Shown here piece after piece: positions 24,194 to 37,806 of a stretch of 64,000 nucleotides of DNA. The stretch's first letter is position 1. Each line of letters opens with the position of its first letter. Source of the stretch: Octopus sinensis (taxonomy: Eukaryota); the NCBI RefSeq assembly GCF_006345805.1, contig NC_042999.1, positions 128,216,001-128,280,000 of the forward strand. Direction: 5' to 3'. The position numbers and the translations under genes were made by a program. The notes under the pieces are model-generated. The model worked only from the letters and a program-made list of their open reading frames with translations. It had not been told where the DNA came from and did not search any database.

Positions 24194-25123
24194 TACATAC
24201 ACAAATACACACGAAGTGTGCGGGGTTCAAGTGAAAGAATGCCAAACTATCTTGTACTGAATATTTAAATTTGTGAACTTGAAATATTCAATAATAAAAA
24301 GAAGTTCAGAAAGTAAGTTTTCCTGAAAACTTCAATGTATAAAAAATCTCACTTGCTTAGTAAATATATCTTTCAGTAATTTATTGTAGTTGCAATATAT
24401 CTGTAATTTAAACAAACTTCAAGGTAACCCAACCATGTTTAGCACGCTAGAAATAACAGCAGATATTATTGTAAGGCTTGTAGTGTTCCAAACAGCCATA
24501 CCAACAAAATCACTTGTTAATATTTTTTAAAAAATATACTGGTATATTAAAAAATTTTCATTTTATCAAAAATAAACCTCAAAGTTATATAGCTATTTTG
24601 TCTAATAGCATTCATTCAATAAATAATTTTTTACATTACATATATAGAATAAACTGTGGGTTTTGCAAATAGCGAGTTAAAACTTGAAATGAAAACATTG
24701 AAATGAATATATATTAAGTAATCATTAATGAAAATAAAGGTGAGAGAGAGTGAGAGACTGTTGCAAATGAAAATGGAAAATTTTGCCTGAAACGAATTAA
24801 TATTAAATTAATATTAAGTCAACTCTGCAGTGAATGTGATGAATATCTAAATTTGTGAAAAACTTGTAGTTCAAATATTCAATAAACTTCAAAAATCAAA
24901 ATTACAGGAAATTTCTTGGAACATGAATTTATTAAAAAATTTCCAGATGGTCAAACCTTTAATAATTACTGTCTTTTAGTAACTGTTACATAACTAATTA
25001 ATAAGCAGCTTTCTCCATTATAATATAGATAGCTATTATGAATTTATTATATTTATTCATGGTGTACATGAATGTTTTATATTTGGAATCAATGTCCTTA
25101 ATATGAGGTCATAGTTAGTTTTC

Positions 25124-25396
25124 TTAGATATTAAGGACTTTTCTCACAATCCTTGCAGTTCCTAACAGAGCAGATTTTTTAATCAATGCAACTCTTGTAG
25201 TTACACCAATCTCAATAAAGGAGCTGTTAAGTCTCTTGGTGACTGTACCTAGGGTGCCTATAACAACTGGAATTACTTTTGTAGAAGCACTCCACAGTTG
25301 TATTTCCCAAGCCAAATCCTGATATTTTCCTATTTTTTCCTGTTCTTTGATCACTATATTCATGTCCACAGATATAGCCAATCGATGATGGTGCAC
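25124..25396 (-). mobile_element. RLE-type LINE 3' fragment (R4/Dong- or NeSL-like endonuclease tail)
   Basis: KEQEKIGKYQDLAWEIQLW..TKVIPVVIGTLG...KSALLGTARIVRKVL; abuts an (AAT)/(ATT) tract. Confidence 0.8.
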
Positions 25397-26231
25397 TTTT
25401 ATAATAATAATAATAATAATTATTATTATTATTATTATTATTATTATTTATAGTATATTTCCTGTACTGTAATGAAATATGCGTAACATAGAACTAAAAA
25501 TGTTCTAGTCTGTGTTTTAGCACACACACACACACGCACACATAGTGTGTGTGTGTGTGGTATAGGGAGTTGGTCGCTTACATCAACCCAAAACACAGCA
25601 GAAATATAACAACGCCTGGAAAATAATGCTTTCAAGACACTGTAATTTGTGTCAGAAACATTGAACTTGAAATAAGGCTATTTTTTAAATGCAAAATTGA
25701 TTTTACATGGAAATAAACAAATATATTTTCTAAAAAATAACAAGAAGGAAAATTGATTCACAAAATCAACCAGAAATTTCTTAGCATTTTGCTGTTAGGG
25801 GATGTGAAATAAACAACACATTTTTCAATTAATGAAGAACTGCATGGTTTCCAACAAAGATAGTCAATAATTTTTGAGAGAAATTAAAATGGATCACCAA
25901 TCCTGATAATTGCCTTCCACTCCTTTCTACTGACATAGAGAAGAGGAGCAGTTGTCATAACTCATTTTTGAACACTGACACTTAACTTGGTTGAGTAATT
26001 TTGTCTAGTAAGAGATCCACTCACAGCAGATTTCAGAGAATTTAGTGAATACTTAAAGAGGAACATGTTTCAAGAATTAGATATATCTATTATAGATTCA
26101 AACAGTGTTAAACCAGTTGAAAACACTGGGGTCATTGTAATCAACTTACCTCATCCCCTGCACTTGCTGGCCTTGTGCCAAAATTTTAAATCATCATCAT
26201 CATCATCATCATTATTGTTATTACTATTATT

Positions 26232-26880
26232 AAGGTGGCAAATTGTCAAAATTGTTAGCTCACTAGGCAAAATTCTTAGTGGTATTTTGTCTGTCCTTAC
26301 ATTCTAAGTTCAAATTCCGCTGAGGTTGATTTTGGCTTTCATCTTTTCAAGGTTGATAAATTAAATGCCAGTGAAACACTGGGGTCGATATAATCAACTA
26401 CTCCCCCTCCCCCAAAATTTCAGGCTTTGTGCCTTTAGTAGAAAGGATTATTATTATTATTAAGGTAGTGAACTGTTAGAATTGTTAGCTCACCAGGTAA
26501 TATTGTGACATTTTGACCATCTTTACATTCTAAGTTCAAATACTGTTATGGTCACTTTTATTTTTCATCCTTCTGGGGCTGATTAAAAAAAGTATCAGTT
26601 GTGTACTGGGGTTTATGTAATCGACTGTGCCCCTCCCCTTGTGCCTATATTAGAAAAGATTATTATTATTATCATTAAGGTGGTAGAGCATTTGCAGAAT
26701 TGTTAGAGAGACAAAATGCCTTTTGATTCTTTATGTTCTGAGTCCAAACCTCCACCAATACTGACTTTGCCTTTCATTCCTCCAGGGATGACAAAATAGA
26801 ATACCAGCCAAATACTGAGATTGCTAGTATTGACTGACCCCCACCTCTCCCCAAATTACTGTCTGTGTCAAAATTTGAAA
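26232..26880 (+). mobile_element. Three head-to-tail family A SINEs
   Basis: Heads near 26232, 26460 and 26676, each following the (ATT)n tail of the previous copy or tract. Confidence 0.8.
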
Positions 26881-26909
26881 TATTTATTATTATTATTATT
26901 ATTATTCAG

Positions 26910-27345
26910 TAGTTTTATTTTTATAACGTGCTTTCACTTCACTACCAAGTGCAGCTCTGTGTGCCTTGGGTATGTGCTGTGGTTAGGTTTGATGCTCTTA
27001 TGGTTACTGTATTGAAAGTGTTTTGCATAGGATGTGTGCAGTGGCAAGTAGTGCAATTTTCTGTATATTATATGTAGTTGTAAGTCCTGGTGTTTTTGTT
27101 ATGTATTTGTCTGAATATTTTTTTAATCATATCTAATGCACCTGCTATGATAGGAATTATTTCTGTTTTTAGATTACACATTCGAGTTACCTCTATTTCC
27201 AGGTCTTTGTATTTTGAAAGTTTCTCCATTTCTTTTAGAGAAATGTTGTCATCTGCTGGTATTGATACATCAATTAGAAAGCATTATTTTCTTCACGATC
27301 TTTGACAACTATATCGGGCCTATTGGCCTTAATTTCTCTACCTGT
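26910..27345 (-). mobile_element. RLE-type LINE 3' end
   Basis: GREIKANRPDIVVKDREE..LIDVSIPADDNISLKEMEKLSKYKDLEIEVTRMWNLKTEIIPIIAGAL (RPD...D..K nuclease), then 3' UTR and (AAT)n. Confidence 0.85.
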
Positions 27346-27375
27346 GTTGTTATTATTATTATTTTTATTATTATT

Positions 27376-27895
27376 GAGTGAGAGAGCAGTGCATGCCATC
27401 AAAGTGACACTGGGGTAAAATATACGAAGCCCAGTATACCCATCATGACTACCCGTCTGATAAGGGTACACCAGGTACATGCATCACAACCCAGTGTGTG
27501 CAACATGGTGGTCTCATATCAAGATAAACAGTGCATGACCTTGCAGGTGGGGCCCAGTTAGAATTTTCTTCTGGTCGAGTAGCCCATCCCACTCAAAAGG
27601 TCCCTGAATAGGGATTGTTTAAGGATGTTGAACCACCCATGTTTCCAAAGGTGAATTATTCAAACCTCCGAGAACTCCTTTCAACACACAGCTATGATGC
27701 TCCCCCACTACTTCTGCTCGTGGTCAGAGATGCACATATCGTCAGCCACTAAGGGACACGGTCAACTGGTTAAGGTCAAACAACTGACAAGCAAATCTGT
27801 AGTATTTAGCAAAATAACAATGAACATGATAACACTTCCAATCAATTAAAATCAGAAGCCATGAGAGCCACTGCCTGGTACCGTATCAGGGCATT
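27376..27895 (-). mobile_element. Unclassified non-coding retroelement or LINE 3' UTR between (AAT)n tracts
   Basis: GC-richer 520-bp block bounded by TAA repeats, with a CTCAATAATAA tail. Confidence 0.45.
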
Positions 27896-27902
27896 TATTA
27901 TT

Positions 27903-27959
<57 letters not shown>

Positions 27960-28005
27960 ATTATAATTATCATTATTATTGTTGTTGTTGTTATCATCAT
28001 CATCT

Positions 28006-28058
<53 letters not shown>

Positions 28059-28270
28059 GTGAGCTGGCAGAATTGTTAGCACACTGGGTGAAATGCTTAC
28101 TGGTATTTCATCTGTCTTCACATTCTGAGTTCAAATACCGCTAAAGTTGACTTTGTCATTCATCCTTTCGGGGTTGATAAAATAAGTACCAGTTGAGTAC
28201 TAGGGTCGATGTAATCAACTAGTCCCCTCCTCCAAAATTTCAGGTTTTGAACCTTTAGTAGAAAGGATTA
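27896..28270 (+). repeat. (ATT)n microsatellite followed by a family A SINE (28057-28270)
   Basis: About 160 bp of ATT/GTT/ATC repeats, then the family A head GAGCTGGCAGAATTG. Further family A copies at about 30600-30790(+), 30998-31200(-), 42805-43013(-), 43132-43345(-), 43553-43720(-), 46668-46850(-). Confidence 0.85.
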
Positions 28271-28399
28271 TTATTATCATTATCATTGTTATAATTTTCG
28301 TTATTATTATTGGCTGTTAAAGTATACACATATATATTTGTATCATTCTATAGTTTGTCCATATTTAACAGCATTAACAAATGAAAGTTTCTTTGAAGT

Positions 28400-29700
28400 G
28401 TTTGCTTAAAAGAATTTCAATTCCTAAGGAAAGCCCACTCTTAATGCCCAAAGATAAACAACAAAAAGTTTGTTTTTCCATACTTTTACTTTAATTATTT
28501 GCACACCGTAAATACATCTAAAATGGCTACTTAACACCAACAGAATGCTACTGTAACAAATGAAGAGAAAATAAGACAACACAAAAGCAAAACACATAAC
28601 AGAATGAACGAAAGAGGAAAAATGAACATTTGAATGAACAATTAACAAATAAAATACCCAAAACAATCAGACAAGTAACTTCAATAGTGACAGTTACAAC
28701 AGCAATGTCAGTGACAAGGCTTCCAAAGTAATTGTGTTAAAGCAATTCTTGTCTCAATTCTAGCGCAAACAGAACAAAGAGAATTTTCAAACTTAACACG
28801 ATTTTAAGAACAAAAAACAAAAAGAGAGAAGACACACAGTTAGGAGAATTTTATAAATCAAGCAATATTTCTTTGCTAAAGGATATAATCCAAGACAGAG
28901 TGAAGTGAAAAAATATATACCTGTATTTTATTAAAGAAAGAACTGGACTAAAGCTTTTTCCTCAAGACAGAAATACATAAAATAGGCACTTCAAGATAGC
29001 TCAGAAAAAAATTTCTCTCCAAAAGAGGAGAAAGTTATGGCACCATCTCTGCACTTTCAAAACTGAAGACTCAGCCAAAACACAGGCTGAAATTCTTGGG
29101 TATACCTTCACCTATACATTTGTGTCCCAGTACATGGGGCAAAGCAATATAAGAGTGACACTAAAAGGTAGTGGAAATGGTGGTTGGTTGTGACTTTTGT
29201 ATTTCAATATGGACAACTGGTTAAAGTAGAGCTAATGAGAGGCAGAATATGGCTAGGGGTGGGTGTGAATAAAATGGATTTGCAAATTCTTGTGCTTGAA
29301 AGCCACAAAGCCATACTGGAATCGTGGCCAGTTGAGGGTACCAAGACATACAGTGTAAGATTGACAATAAAAAACAAATGGCTTAGTTGCTACATTTGTT
29401 ATAGTTAGAACCACCTCAGAGCTTCTCCCTCAGAAGAACCAAAAAGATTAGGTGAAGAAATGAGAAATAAAATTAACTGAGACTGTCTGAGACAGTAAAA
29501 AGTGCAACAAACAAAAAATTTCCAAAAAATGAAACATTAGCATGAAACAACAAAAAACAGGCAAGAAGGAACAATTTCTTCAAAATAACAAGGATATTTC
29601 TCCACAGAAAAATAATGAAGAAAATGAAGAGGAGGACCAAGAATTAAGATCTATCATCCTTAAAATGTCAGACAACTAATTGACAAAATTTTAGCAAGGG
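28400..29700 (+). mobile_element. Possible decayed LINE ORF1-like region
   Basis: A-rich strand bias and broken peptide stretches (TISALFKTEDSAKTQAEILG..FVSQYMGQSNIRVTLKG). Family not identified. Confidence 0.3.
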
Positions 29701-29872
29701 ACACTTTTAGTGAATTGCTTTAGAGTTGAAGGTCACATAGAGCAACTTGAGCAACCATACTGTATGTGATGTTTTTAGTCCTAGTTTATCTTGAGCATAA
29801 TTTGGTCTGTAAAACATCTTGATCCACACTTTTCTACTTATGTATTATTCTTTTACTTTTGATCAGTATTAA

Positions 29873-30093
29873 CCCTTTGGAAAGTATATGGTCTAACATT
29901 GTTTTTGGTTCTAATGAAGTGAATACCTGTTTTGAGTGATTTTAATTAAAACAGCCCATCAAAATTTAATCTTAATTTATGGTCCCTAATTCAGCTTAAT
30001 ATTGTCAAAGTTATTTTACTAAATTCTTTATTCTTTTCAAAATCAATCAAAATAAGGACTATTTATTTGGACAGAAATATAGTAACCAAAGGG
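29873..30093. mobile_element. piggyBac-type MITE
   Basis: TTAA|CCCTTTGG ... CCAAAGGG|CTAA: 8-bp TIR with one decayed TTAA. Confidence 0.7.
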
Positions 30094-32587
30094 CTAATTT
30101 TAAGAAAAGACTATAACATGTTCAACATACCTATATCTCCTCCCTCATCACTTTGGCTGTATCTCCTTGTCCAGGTCCCGTGCTACATACTTCTTTAATT
30201 TTCTTTTGCTTAGAACTGCTATACTCCTCCCCAACTCATATAATTCATTCTTTATCAACACTTTTCCTACAGATGCTGACTACCAGTTATTAAAACTGAA
30301 CATCAATAGACAACATTTTTTTGAGAAGGTGTGCAAATATTATGGCAATGCCCTTTCTTTTATTGTTATCACATAAAAAAAAAATCAGAGAAAGATTATT
30401 GTGAAGTGGTCATCATAGGAAATAAATTTTATGATTACTTGGATATGTGATATACTTCAAGCTTCCTTGCAGAGCCTGTGATATTTAACCTTTATTACTA
30501 TTCAGTAAATGATATTCTGTTGAAGTACAACTTTAAGTTTGCTTGCTATTCATTTGAGCAAAGTGATTTTTATGCTTTAATGGATAGACAAAAGTAAAGA
30601 ACTGGTAGAATTGTTAGTGTATCAGACAAAATGCATAGCAGCATTTCTTCCAGCTCTTTACATTCTGAGTTCAAATTCCTCTGAGGCTAACTTTGCCTTT
30701 CATCTTTTCAAGGTTGATAAAATAGATACCAGTTGAGCACTGTAGTTGATGTGATAAACTAACAACTACCACAGAAACTGCTGACCCTGGGCTAAGATTC
30801 AAAAACACTACAGATGAACATGCTAATTGGCAAAGTTCTTAAATTCCATGAAGATAAAAAAATTAATAGATTTTTATTTAATATAATTTATAATTAAGTA
30901 AATCATGGCAACATTTGTAGCTATTAAAACACAGACAAACACTGTTACAGTCACTACAGCTTTATCAGTTACTATTTTGTAATAATTCTTTCTACTACAG
31001 GTGCAAGGCCTGAAATTTGGGGCTTGAGGATAGTTGATTACATCAGCCCTAGTGCTCCACTGGTACATATTTTATTGACCCTGAAAGGATGAAAGGAAAA
31101 GTCAACCTCGGCAGAATTTGAACTCAGAACATAAAAATAGATGAAATGCTGCTAGGCATTTTGACTGGTGTACTAACAATTCTACCAGCTTGCTGTCTTA
31201 TATTATTTAGTAATAATGACATAGTGTTATATGCCAGCAATACATTAAAGTAACATGTTAGTGGTCAAGACAAAGATAAAGTTCAAAGACTTTGATAACT
31301 AGTAATTAATAATATTACAAAACAACAATTAAGTTAAAGTTAATATAACATTGCATGTGTGTTTTTAATTGCTACAATGACTCTACCATGACCTAACTGT
31401 TTAAGTTTGAACATATACTCCTAGCCAAAATCAGATTTGGGGCATTATGGATAACATAGATATATAAGAACCAGGAGATTTCAGATTTGACCTCTGGCAA
31501 GCTTGTAGAGTTTTACAGTATGTATCTTGGATTTAGAATAGCTACACTATGTCTATGTTTGTTGTGAGAGGCAGCTACAAGATTTGGTGGCAAAAAGAGC
31601 TTCTGGTCATTAAACACTACCCCAGAAAAACCATCTAACCCATACCAGTATCAAAAATCAGATATAAAATGCTGATGTTGACACAATTTCAGACTAAATC
31701 ATATGCCAAACATGTGTAACTCATGGTGTTACTTATGAACTTTATTCTTTATTCTTTTACTTCTTTCAGTCATTTGACTGTGGCCATGCAGGAACATCAC
31801 CTTTAGTCGAACAAATTGACCTAGGACTTATTCTTTGTAAGCCTAGTACTTATTGTATTGATTGTCAAGCGATGGTGGGGGGGGAGGACAAACACAGACA
31901 CACATGCACACAAATATATACATATATGTACGATAGTCTTCTTTCAGTTTCTGTCTACCAAATCCACTCACAAGGCTTTGGTCAGCCTGAGGCTGTAGTA
32001 GAAGACACTTGCCCAAAGTGTCACGCTGTGGGACTGAAACCAGGAGTATGTGGTTGGGAAGCATTTAATTGTAAATGATACGTGTATTTTGTTTTATCCT
32101 GTTTGCTGTTGTTGTGCTATCATCCTTTTCCTGCTTGCTATGTTTTGATGATTTCTATTTGTTGTGTTTTTACCTTTGATAGGTGCAGTAGTTGCTGTGT
32201 GGTAAGTAGCTTCCTTACCAGCCACATGGTTCCGAATTCAGTCTCACTGCATGGCACCTTGAGCAAGTGTCTTCTACTATAGCCTCAGGCCGACCAAAGC
32301 CTTGTGAGTGGATTTGGTAGATGGAAACTGAAAGAAGCCCGTCATGTATATATGTATGTATGTGTGTGTGTGTGTGTTTGTGTGTCTCTGTTTGTCCCCC
32401 ACCATCACTTGACAACCGACGGTGGTGTGTCTATGTCCCCGTAACTTAGTGGTTCGGCAAAAGAGACCGATAGAATAAGTACTAGGCCTACAAAGAATAA
32501 GTCATGGGTCGATTTGTTCAACTAAAAGCAGTGCTCCAGCATGGCTGCAGTCAAATGACTGGAAGAAATAAAAGAATAGAAAAAACA

Positions 32588-32624
<37 letters not shown>

Positions 32625-32640
32625 TTAACTTTTTCTCTCT

Positions 32641-32678
<38 letters not shown>

Positions 32679-32889
32679 TAGATAGATAGATAGATAGATA
32701 AATAAGTACACAGTGAGGTCTATTTAATTTCTATCTACTGATATATACCACAAGGCATTGATAAGCCTGAAGTTATTGTAGGGGCCACTTACCAAAGGTG
32801 TTGATCAGTGAAACTGAATTCAGGTCAACATGGTTGTAAAGTAAACTCTTGCCAGCAATCTCCTATAATGCCATCCCCACCCATCTTGC

Positions 32890-34740
32890 GGTGTTATGAG
32901 CCTGCTACAACATAGCAGGGAAGGATCAGAAGTGAGGGAGTAGGCATGTCCTATCAGAAGTGGGGGGCCAGTGGATCCCACCAGAAGTGCCACGGTGGAC
33001 ATGCAGCATCAGTGAAACACGAGGGTGAGTCGACGGTGAACAGCACATCAGAGCAGACGTGGCCCTGAGGTGGGGGGCTGCATACCATCAAGATCTGGAC
33101 TGATTCAGCCACTGTACATAGGTGGGAGGGATCAGTGAGCAGAGGATGCGAACCAAAGGGGGTGCAGAGATGCTGATAAAATGCTGTCTGGGAATTCTGG
33201 GCAAGTTAGCTGCCAAGTTTAACCTGAGGCTAACTGTGGTTTTTGTGCTCTCAGGGAAGAATAGAGCGGACGTCCTGGCCAGAGTAAAGAAAGCCTGGTT
33301 GCAGATGCCAGAGGATCTGGAGTAAGGAGTGGCTGCAGTGTGTTGACTGACTGACTTGGAGCTGAGGAGATTGCATACCATGCATCACATGGGGGTGGAC
33401 AGAACCCTGTTCCTAGCCAGGAAAGTTGACTCTGATGTGACCAGGCAGAGTGTGCAAAGAGTAGTTTGGGAGCTGCAACAGATGCCAGTCTATTGACCCT
33501 GCTCTGGGTATGCACGAGGCAGGAAGCATTCCAGTTGAACACAACTGGAAACAACTGGCTGTGGACATGACGCATTACCAGCAGGGTACATACCTCTCAA
33601 TGGTCGACTGTGAACCAGGGCAGTTAGCCATATGGAGGGAGATGAAGATGGGGACCAGAGAGGAAATCACAAGAATACTGAATGAGGTATTCCTAGAATG
33701 AGGCCCTGTGGATAAGCTGCTTGTGGACAATGGCACTGCGTTTTGCTCAGAGGTGTTGGGGGAAATGCTCGACAAGTAGTATGTCAGCCGTTTCTTCAGG
33801 GCAGCATACCAGCCAAGTGGCAAAGGAGTTGTAGAGGGGCATCATCGTACCATCAAGACCATAGGAGAGAGTGGCCACATCTCACTGGTCGAGGCCGTTT
33901 TTTGGTATAATATGTCACCCAGGATGGGACAGGCTGAGGAGTTAGTCCCACACAGGGCAATATTCAAGTATAAGTGGAGGCATTCATGTACTGCATCGCT
34001 GCATCCCACAGAAGAGAAGGAGCATGCCTTTGTGCAAGTCAGAGAAGAAGTCTGGGTTAAATCCCCAAATGCGTGGTGCACATCACAGTGGGAAAAGGGG
34101 ACAATAACTTCTGTGAATTTGAAGAACAGCGTATCCGTAAATGGCATGCCATGACATGTTTTGGATGTGTGCAGGATCATCACTGTAACAGGGGATGGGG
34201 CCAACAGTAATGGACAAGAGGAAGAAGCTGGCAGGAACATGCCAGTCCTGAAGTCCCACAGTGGTCACAGAGAGAGCAGTGCCCTCTTCACTGGTTGGCT
34301 TATTATGAGACAAGTTAAGGTGTGTGGTCAGGGTTGAGAAGAGGGCATGGGCAGGTTGGTTGAATGATCTTCAGATCAGGTGGGGCGTGTGGTGTTATGA
34401 GCCAGGCTGTATTGTAGGGAAGGATCAGAAGTAAGGGAGTAGGCATGTCCTGTCGGAAGTGGGGCCCGTGGATCCCACCAGAAGTGTCACGATGAACATG
34501 TGGCATCAGCAAAGCATGAGGGTCAGTTGGCCGTGAACAGCACATCAGAGCAGACATATGAGATGGTACAGCAACAGATAGCGCATACGGACGCAGAAAC
34601 TTGGAGATCGAGACAGCACATGGACCTTGGAGTTAGAGACAGCACATGGATGTTGAAAGTGACCCTTTTTCCAGACCAACAAGTAAGACTACCGTAATTC
34701 TCTCTTTGCATCCGTCTTTTTTCTTCCTTTACATCACACA
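32890..34740 (+). mobile_element. Ty3/Gypsy LTR retrotransposon remnant: partial LTR copy, RNase H end, integrase, LTR
   Basis: HHMGVDRTLFLARK zinc-finger region; WKQLAVDMTH, LLVDNGTAF and VVEGHHRTIK DDE motifs with stops. LTR 34321-34740 (TGTGTGGT...ATCACACA). 32890-33058 repeats 34392-34556. Confidence 0.85.
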
Positions 34741-35281
34741 TCTAAAATTTGTCGTATTGTGACAATATTAAAACTCATTAATTAATTTCATATTCACTCT
34801 TTACATCAAACGCTAATAAAATTAACTTCAATTTACAAACTAGCATTTTACGCATTTAAAATTGCTTGTTTTCACTTTTTATTTTATTTTTTAATGTGTG
34901 ATTTTGAGTAAGAAATATTTTTATTCATTTATTTATTCTAATCTTAATTTTTTTTTTGTTAAGTCAAAATTCTAAGACTGAATTAGGAAAAACAAAAAAA
35001 GACTTAAGTTCTCTAGAGTTCATTTTACCAATAAGACATTTTAGTGAAAATGAAGTCATATTGATTTCTCATAAATATACAAAGAAACTAAAATGGTTCG
35101 CTGTTCTTTGATTAGGTCCACCTGCTTTGCATAAAACTAGAACAAAAAAATTATTGGCAAGAAATAATTGAATTCATTCTTCCAGAAAATGGAAATTAAC
35201 TTTCTTTTTATCTTATTTTTTTTCACCTTTCTTATTTTCAGTTCTTTCCTTTTTGTCTGTGCCAATAGAAATATAATTGTG

Positions 35282-35314
<33 letters not shown>

Positions 35315-37411
35315 TGTGTGTGTGTGTCTGTGTCTCTGTGTGTGTGTACATGCATATACATGTCTGTATATGTGTACATGCACATGTATAAATGTATGCC
35401 TTTGTGTGTGTTGTTGTGTTTATGCATTTGTGTGTGTGTATGTAAATATCTATGAATGTGTATGTGTACACGTGTACACTTGGGTTTCTGTATATACATG
35501 TGTGTCTATACATGTGTATGTGAACATGTATATATGTGTGCTTATATGTATTTATATGTGTGTGTGTGTGTGTGTGTGCACGCACGTATGCACACATTTG
35601 TGTCTGTGTTGCATATATGAATGTATGTATATGTATGTGTTTGTATGTGTGCATTTTTCCGTCTGAATAACTTTCAAGATTTTCTTTGTTTTTTTTTTTA
35701 CTTAATAAATAAGAATTCAAAATTAAAGTCTTTGGGGAATAAAGTAACTAACATGATAGAAAAGTAGCTGACTGTAAGGTTTGGTCGACCAGTCTCACTA
35801 AAATAACTGATGCAAAAAATAATAGAAATAGGCTAAAAATAGATTTTTATTAATGATGTGGATTACATGGGCAATGATGATGTTAACGGTAGTGGTGATG
35901 TTCATGGTGATAATAATGACACTGATGATGATGATGGTGATGGTGGAGATGATAAAGGAAGATGATGACAATGAAAATTATTTCTGATAAAAACACAAGG
36001 CCGGAAAGCTCTAGTCTGTGACGGAAACTTTGGTCTAGTGAACCTAGTAAATGACACTTGCCAAAAATGCGACGCAGTGGGACTGAATCCAAAACCATGT
36101 GGTTGTGAAGTAAATTTCTTAATCATATATGTGTGTGTATGTGTGTGTGTGTGTGTTTGTCTTTTGTGTGTTATGCATTGAAGTGATACCTTGTTCTTCT
36201 CCAACTCTTTTTCTCTCTCTCTCTCTATCTTCCCCTTTTCCTCACTATAAATACTCTGTTCTGCCTAGCCATGCATTTTCTTCAACACTCCTTGTAGGCA
36301 GGTTCTGTCGACATAGCCTAGCTAGAGCTATATATAAAGTTGAAATCTATGTCTTAACTGAAGAAAGTATTATGTAAGAGATGAATGTTTTTTCTCTCTT
36401 GCATATGTGTGGTAAACACATCCCAAATATATCAATATTTGGTTTGAATTTTTATTATTATTAATATTATTGTTGTTGTTGTTGGTTGTTGTTATTATTA
36501 TTATTTGTATTATGATGATCTATCTACCTATTTATCTTTCCATCTATCTATTTATCTCTCTCTCTCTCTTTCTATAGATAAATATGTGTGTGTATATATA
36601 TATATATGTGTGTATATAAATCAAAGTTATTTTATTCTACACAGGTAGAAATATAGGTAAAATAGTAGTTGAAAATACACCGAGAGTAGTTAAAATATTT
36701 TTTTATTAATATATTTAAATCTTTAACCAATTTTACAGTTTACATTGATTTTCAAAAAGTTCAAATAGAAAGACATGGCTTATGTCGCAGCAGTCGAGTA
36801 TGTAAATTATGCCAAGGAACCATAATGGACAGAGAAGAAACTCTCATTGATGCAAGTTCTATTTGAAACTGATTTCCACCATTATTTTTGAAATTCACCT
36901 AGTCTTTACTCAGCTATCTCAAGGGATAGTTCTCTCCACTTAAGCTATTATATTCAATTCTCATTTGTCCTGCCATTTCCTACTGTTGATATGCACACAT
37001 GCAAAATAAGATAGTTAATTTATGAATATTCAGTCTTTCTTTAATCTCTGTCCTCACCATATCCTGTCCACAGATGTCAATGACAATAGTGTATTTGGTC
37101 AATAAGCTCTAACAAGGCATCTATGTTCAATCTCAATAACATATAAGCCATCTTCAAGATACTCAGAGCTCAGGAAGAATTTTGAAGTTTCATGTTAGCA
37201 AAAAGTTAATAGCTGAGCAATAATGGTCAATCTTTATAATGCAGTGGTCCTGAAACTGACAAATAGCAGGAAGGTCCCATCTAAAAAATATTAATGAAAA
37301 CTTTGTCCCTTTTTACTAATGCAAAAACAAGAGAGTTAGCATCCAAGTAATTCTTCTGTCTTTGCTACAGTCTTGGACATGTTAAATTCTACAATCTCTC
37401 TGCATCTAAAG

Positions 37412-37671
37412 CAATGGTTCTCAACCAGGATCCGCATGACCCTTCATGGGGTGGGGAGATCCATATAAGATTTTGTTGTTAAAGATTACTAGCAATAAAT
37501 TGGTTATACATTTACAACACACAAAATATTTTAACAATTTGTTTTGTACAATTCCTGATAATATTTAATTATAAAAATACAGTAGGATTTTATTTTTAAC
37601 ATAGGGGTCCAGCAGAGTAAAATGGGTTTCAAAGGGGTCCATAGGAACAAAAAAATGGTTGAGAATCACTG
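37412..37671. mobile_element. hAT (Charlie-like) MITE
   Basis: TIRs CAATGGTTCTCAACC / GGTTGAGAATCACTG; 8-bp flanks ATCTAAAG / CTCTAAGG (6 of 8 match). Confidence 0.8.
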
Positions 37672-37767
37672 CTCTAAGGTAATAATACCAGGAGATATGG
37701 AATATAAACCTCCAACTCCAATAAAATCATTCGCTTCATTACCTGCTATCTTTCTAAGCTAATAAAT

Positions 37768-37806
<39 letters not shown>

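Noticed and set aside
24255-24895. About 45-bp direct repeat (24255-24300 vs 24838-24895)
   Set aside because: Very AT-rich and loosely matching; cannot be distinguished from chance or an ancient decayed duplication.
27739-27745. Minus-strand CTGACGA
   Set aside because: No stem II followed by GAAA.
27852-28121. Poly-Ile/poly-Asn ORFs
   Set aside because: (ATT)n microsatellite.
35137-35720. 120-160-aa C/V- or H/T-rich ORFs
   Set aside because: Degenerate (TG)n/(TA)n microsatellite; the same applies to most short ORFs in the track.
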